From Oikopleura dioica (Eukaryota > Animalia > Chordata), in the NCBI GenBank assembly GCA_907165135.1, contig OU015566.1, positions 8,990,001 through 9,054,000 on the forward strand: a stretch of DNA of 64,000 bases, given 5' to 3'. Positions 62,203 to 64,000 of this stretch are shown here, piece after piece. Within the stretch, counting starts at the first letter, position 1. Each line of letters opens with the position of its first letter. The notes under the pieces were generated by a model. The model was not told where the DNA came from. It worked only from the letters and a program-made list of their open reading frames with translations, and searched no databases. The translations under genes were made by a program, and so were the position numbers.

Positions 62203-62814
62203 ATGAAGATTTTGGGCATTACCTTGGCAGCGGTCAATGCTTTGAGTGACAGCGCTGCCAACTATCTTATGGTCAATGAACTCAACTTGTAAGGCTTAAG
62301 AAATATCAATATCTATAAGATTGAAGGTGTCATATGCGAGGACGAGGCCACCAAGAATGCATGGAACACATCCGAAGCCAATTTGAAAGCCTTCACGGTG
62401 TCACTGTAACTTGTGGCTTCACCACTGATGGCAAAAACGTCGCAGGCATGGCATTTTGGTTTGCCAGCATTGAAGAGTACGGTGCCGTCAGCTGCGGTGA
62501 GCTGACTTACAGTGGTATCAACTCTGCGTTCGTGGATAGAATCTTGGATAAAGATTAAATATTTTCCTAGTGCTCTTAAACGGGCATCCGATGACGCAGC
62601 CGCCTGGGGCTCGCCTTGCTATTCCGAGCATGGTCTGAAGTTCAACACTTGTGCTGGCATGTTTATCTCCCAGCGAGCCTCAGAGTGGTGCCCGAATTCG
62701 GATTCTCACAACATTATTGTCTCGGATCCAGCTTACATCTACGTCAGCGGCTACTCTTTTGACTTCACCTATCCGGGTGGACAGTATGGAATTGCTTACT
62801 GTATTAATCGATGA
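62203..62814 (+). CDS. Small secreted Cys-containing orphan protein (3 exons)
   Basis: MKILGITLAAVNALS signal peptide; open exons joined by short introns; stop at 62814. Confidence 0.65.
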
Positions 62815-62914
62815 GAATAAATGATATAAAGATCATATGAGCAAAGTTTCTAGAATCAATGTGTTTGTCAGAGATTATTTTCTCATTTTGTCAGTTTTCG
62901 GACACGGAATCGCC

Positions 62915-63850
62915 ATGACTCCTCTTGCTTTTAAGCTTCTCGTCGGGGCTATCGTCGGTTCATTATTCAGCGTAAGAAAATTGAAATCAAAAGCTTGTCA
63001 TATGCACACTTTTTTCTCTTAGTTTTTCTATAATTTTGTGTGGAGATCCGTTTTTCCACTGGAGACTGGTAATGAAGTTCCCGCATGCGGCGAGGGATTC
63101 TTCTTCGATTCAGAGGCAAATCAGTGTATCGTCGAGAAAACTGAGGAGCCGGCAACTGGTGCTTTGATTTCAGTAAGTCATGCTATCAAAAACTTATCTG
63201 TTCAAATTCTTTATTCGTAGTTATTCGGCAGCCTTCTGGGTTTCGTCCAGGGAGAGGAAGAAGTCAAGAGTGTTGTACCCTACTGCAATGAAGGTTTCGA
63301 ACTCAATGACGAAACCAACACCTGCGAAGAAATTGGTAAATTTAAATTGATTGCAAAGAAAAATCAATCATTCTTTAGAAACATTTCTTGATGCCACCGC
63401 AAAATGGCTTTATGAGCAGCACAGAGGTTTTGTCAATAGCTACACCGAGAGCGATTACATGACCAATCTCAACACTCTTGTTGGTCTCGCATGCTTGGTT
63501 TGTGCTGGCAGTTTCCTATTCACTGTTTCTCTCGGCTGGGTTTTCAAGCAATTCTTTTCCAAAGGTAAATAGTTTTTCTGCCTTCTCATTAATTTCCTCT
63601 TCTAGCTACAAAAAATAACATCGAAGAACATGAGGTGAACGAAAACGACGACGATTTTGTTGCAAACGATACTCCACGAAACGGTGAGTACTACGCGAAA
63701 ATCGCCCGGCGAATTCAGGAAGCTGAAGTTCCTCCACTCGCTGCTGGCGCTAACCAAGAAGGTCGAGTTCAAAATAATTCAATTTCAGACAAATACTTTG
63801 AGCATTATGACATCGAGAATGATATCAGACAAATTTTGAGCTCGTGCTAG
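62915..63850 (+). CDS. Orphan type-I membrane protein with two short C-x-EGF-x(6-7)-N-x-C repeats
   Basis: Signal-like MTPLAFKLLVGAIVGSLF; PACGEGFFFDSEANQC and PYCNEGFELNDETNTC; TM LVGLACLVCAGSFLFTVSLGWVF; acidic cytoplasmic tail. Confidence 0.7.
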
Positions 63851-64000
63851 TCGACACCGAGTGAAGACAAATACAGTTTACTATCCTTCAGCGTCAAAAG
63901 TTAATCTACACACCTGTATACTCTATATATCCATGCTTTCTTTAAATCCAATCTTTATCTTTTCAAATAAAATCTATCAATACTCGAGATTTCAAAAAGC

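Overview
Gene-dense eukaryotic (chordate) DNA, most consistent with the larvacean tunicate Oikopleura dioica or a close relative. The species call is an inference from ~40-55 nt introns, GA-AG/GG-AG/GC-AG introns, short same-strand intergenic gaps with AG acceptors right before ATG (operons with SL trans-splicing), and an oikosin-like Cys domain. About 28 spliced protein-coding loci are supported. Minus strand: BCKDHB (partial), COX6A-like, MED11, two tandem Munc18/STXBP paralogs, DDX5/17, a TIF1-type TRIM, MELK, a PLAT-domain protein, a transglutaminase-like fragment, WARS, SMAD1/5, kindlin, CDKL and XRN2. Plus strand: ATAD3, CerS1-like, a proprotein convertase, an oikosin-like protein, a YTHDC2-like helicase and several orphans. 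There are three non-autonomous DNA elements: a 944 bp hAT-type foldback with an 8 bp TSD and two Tc1/mariner-type MITEs. Best leads: (1) the hAT foldback sits inside an exon and carries a GT donor and AG acceptor that could splice it out in frame (transposon acting as an intron); (2) a stop-containing cassette exon gives Munc18 two C-termini with the same layout as vertebrate STXBP1; (3) a 727 nt DDX5 intron lies at the ancient DBP2/p68 autoregulatory position; (4) XRN2 may switch between an acidic and an RGG tail; (5) an unexplained GC-rich structured island lies in a CDKL intron. Gene models were assembled by eye; orphan boundaries are approximate. No tRNA, rRNA or CRISPR was recognised.
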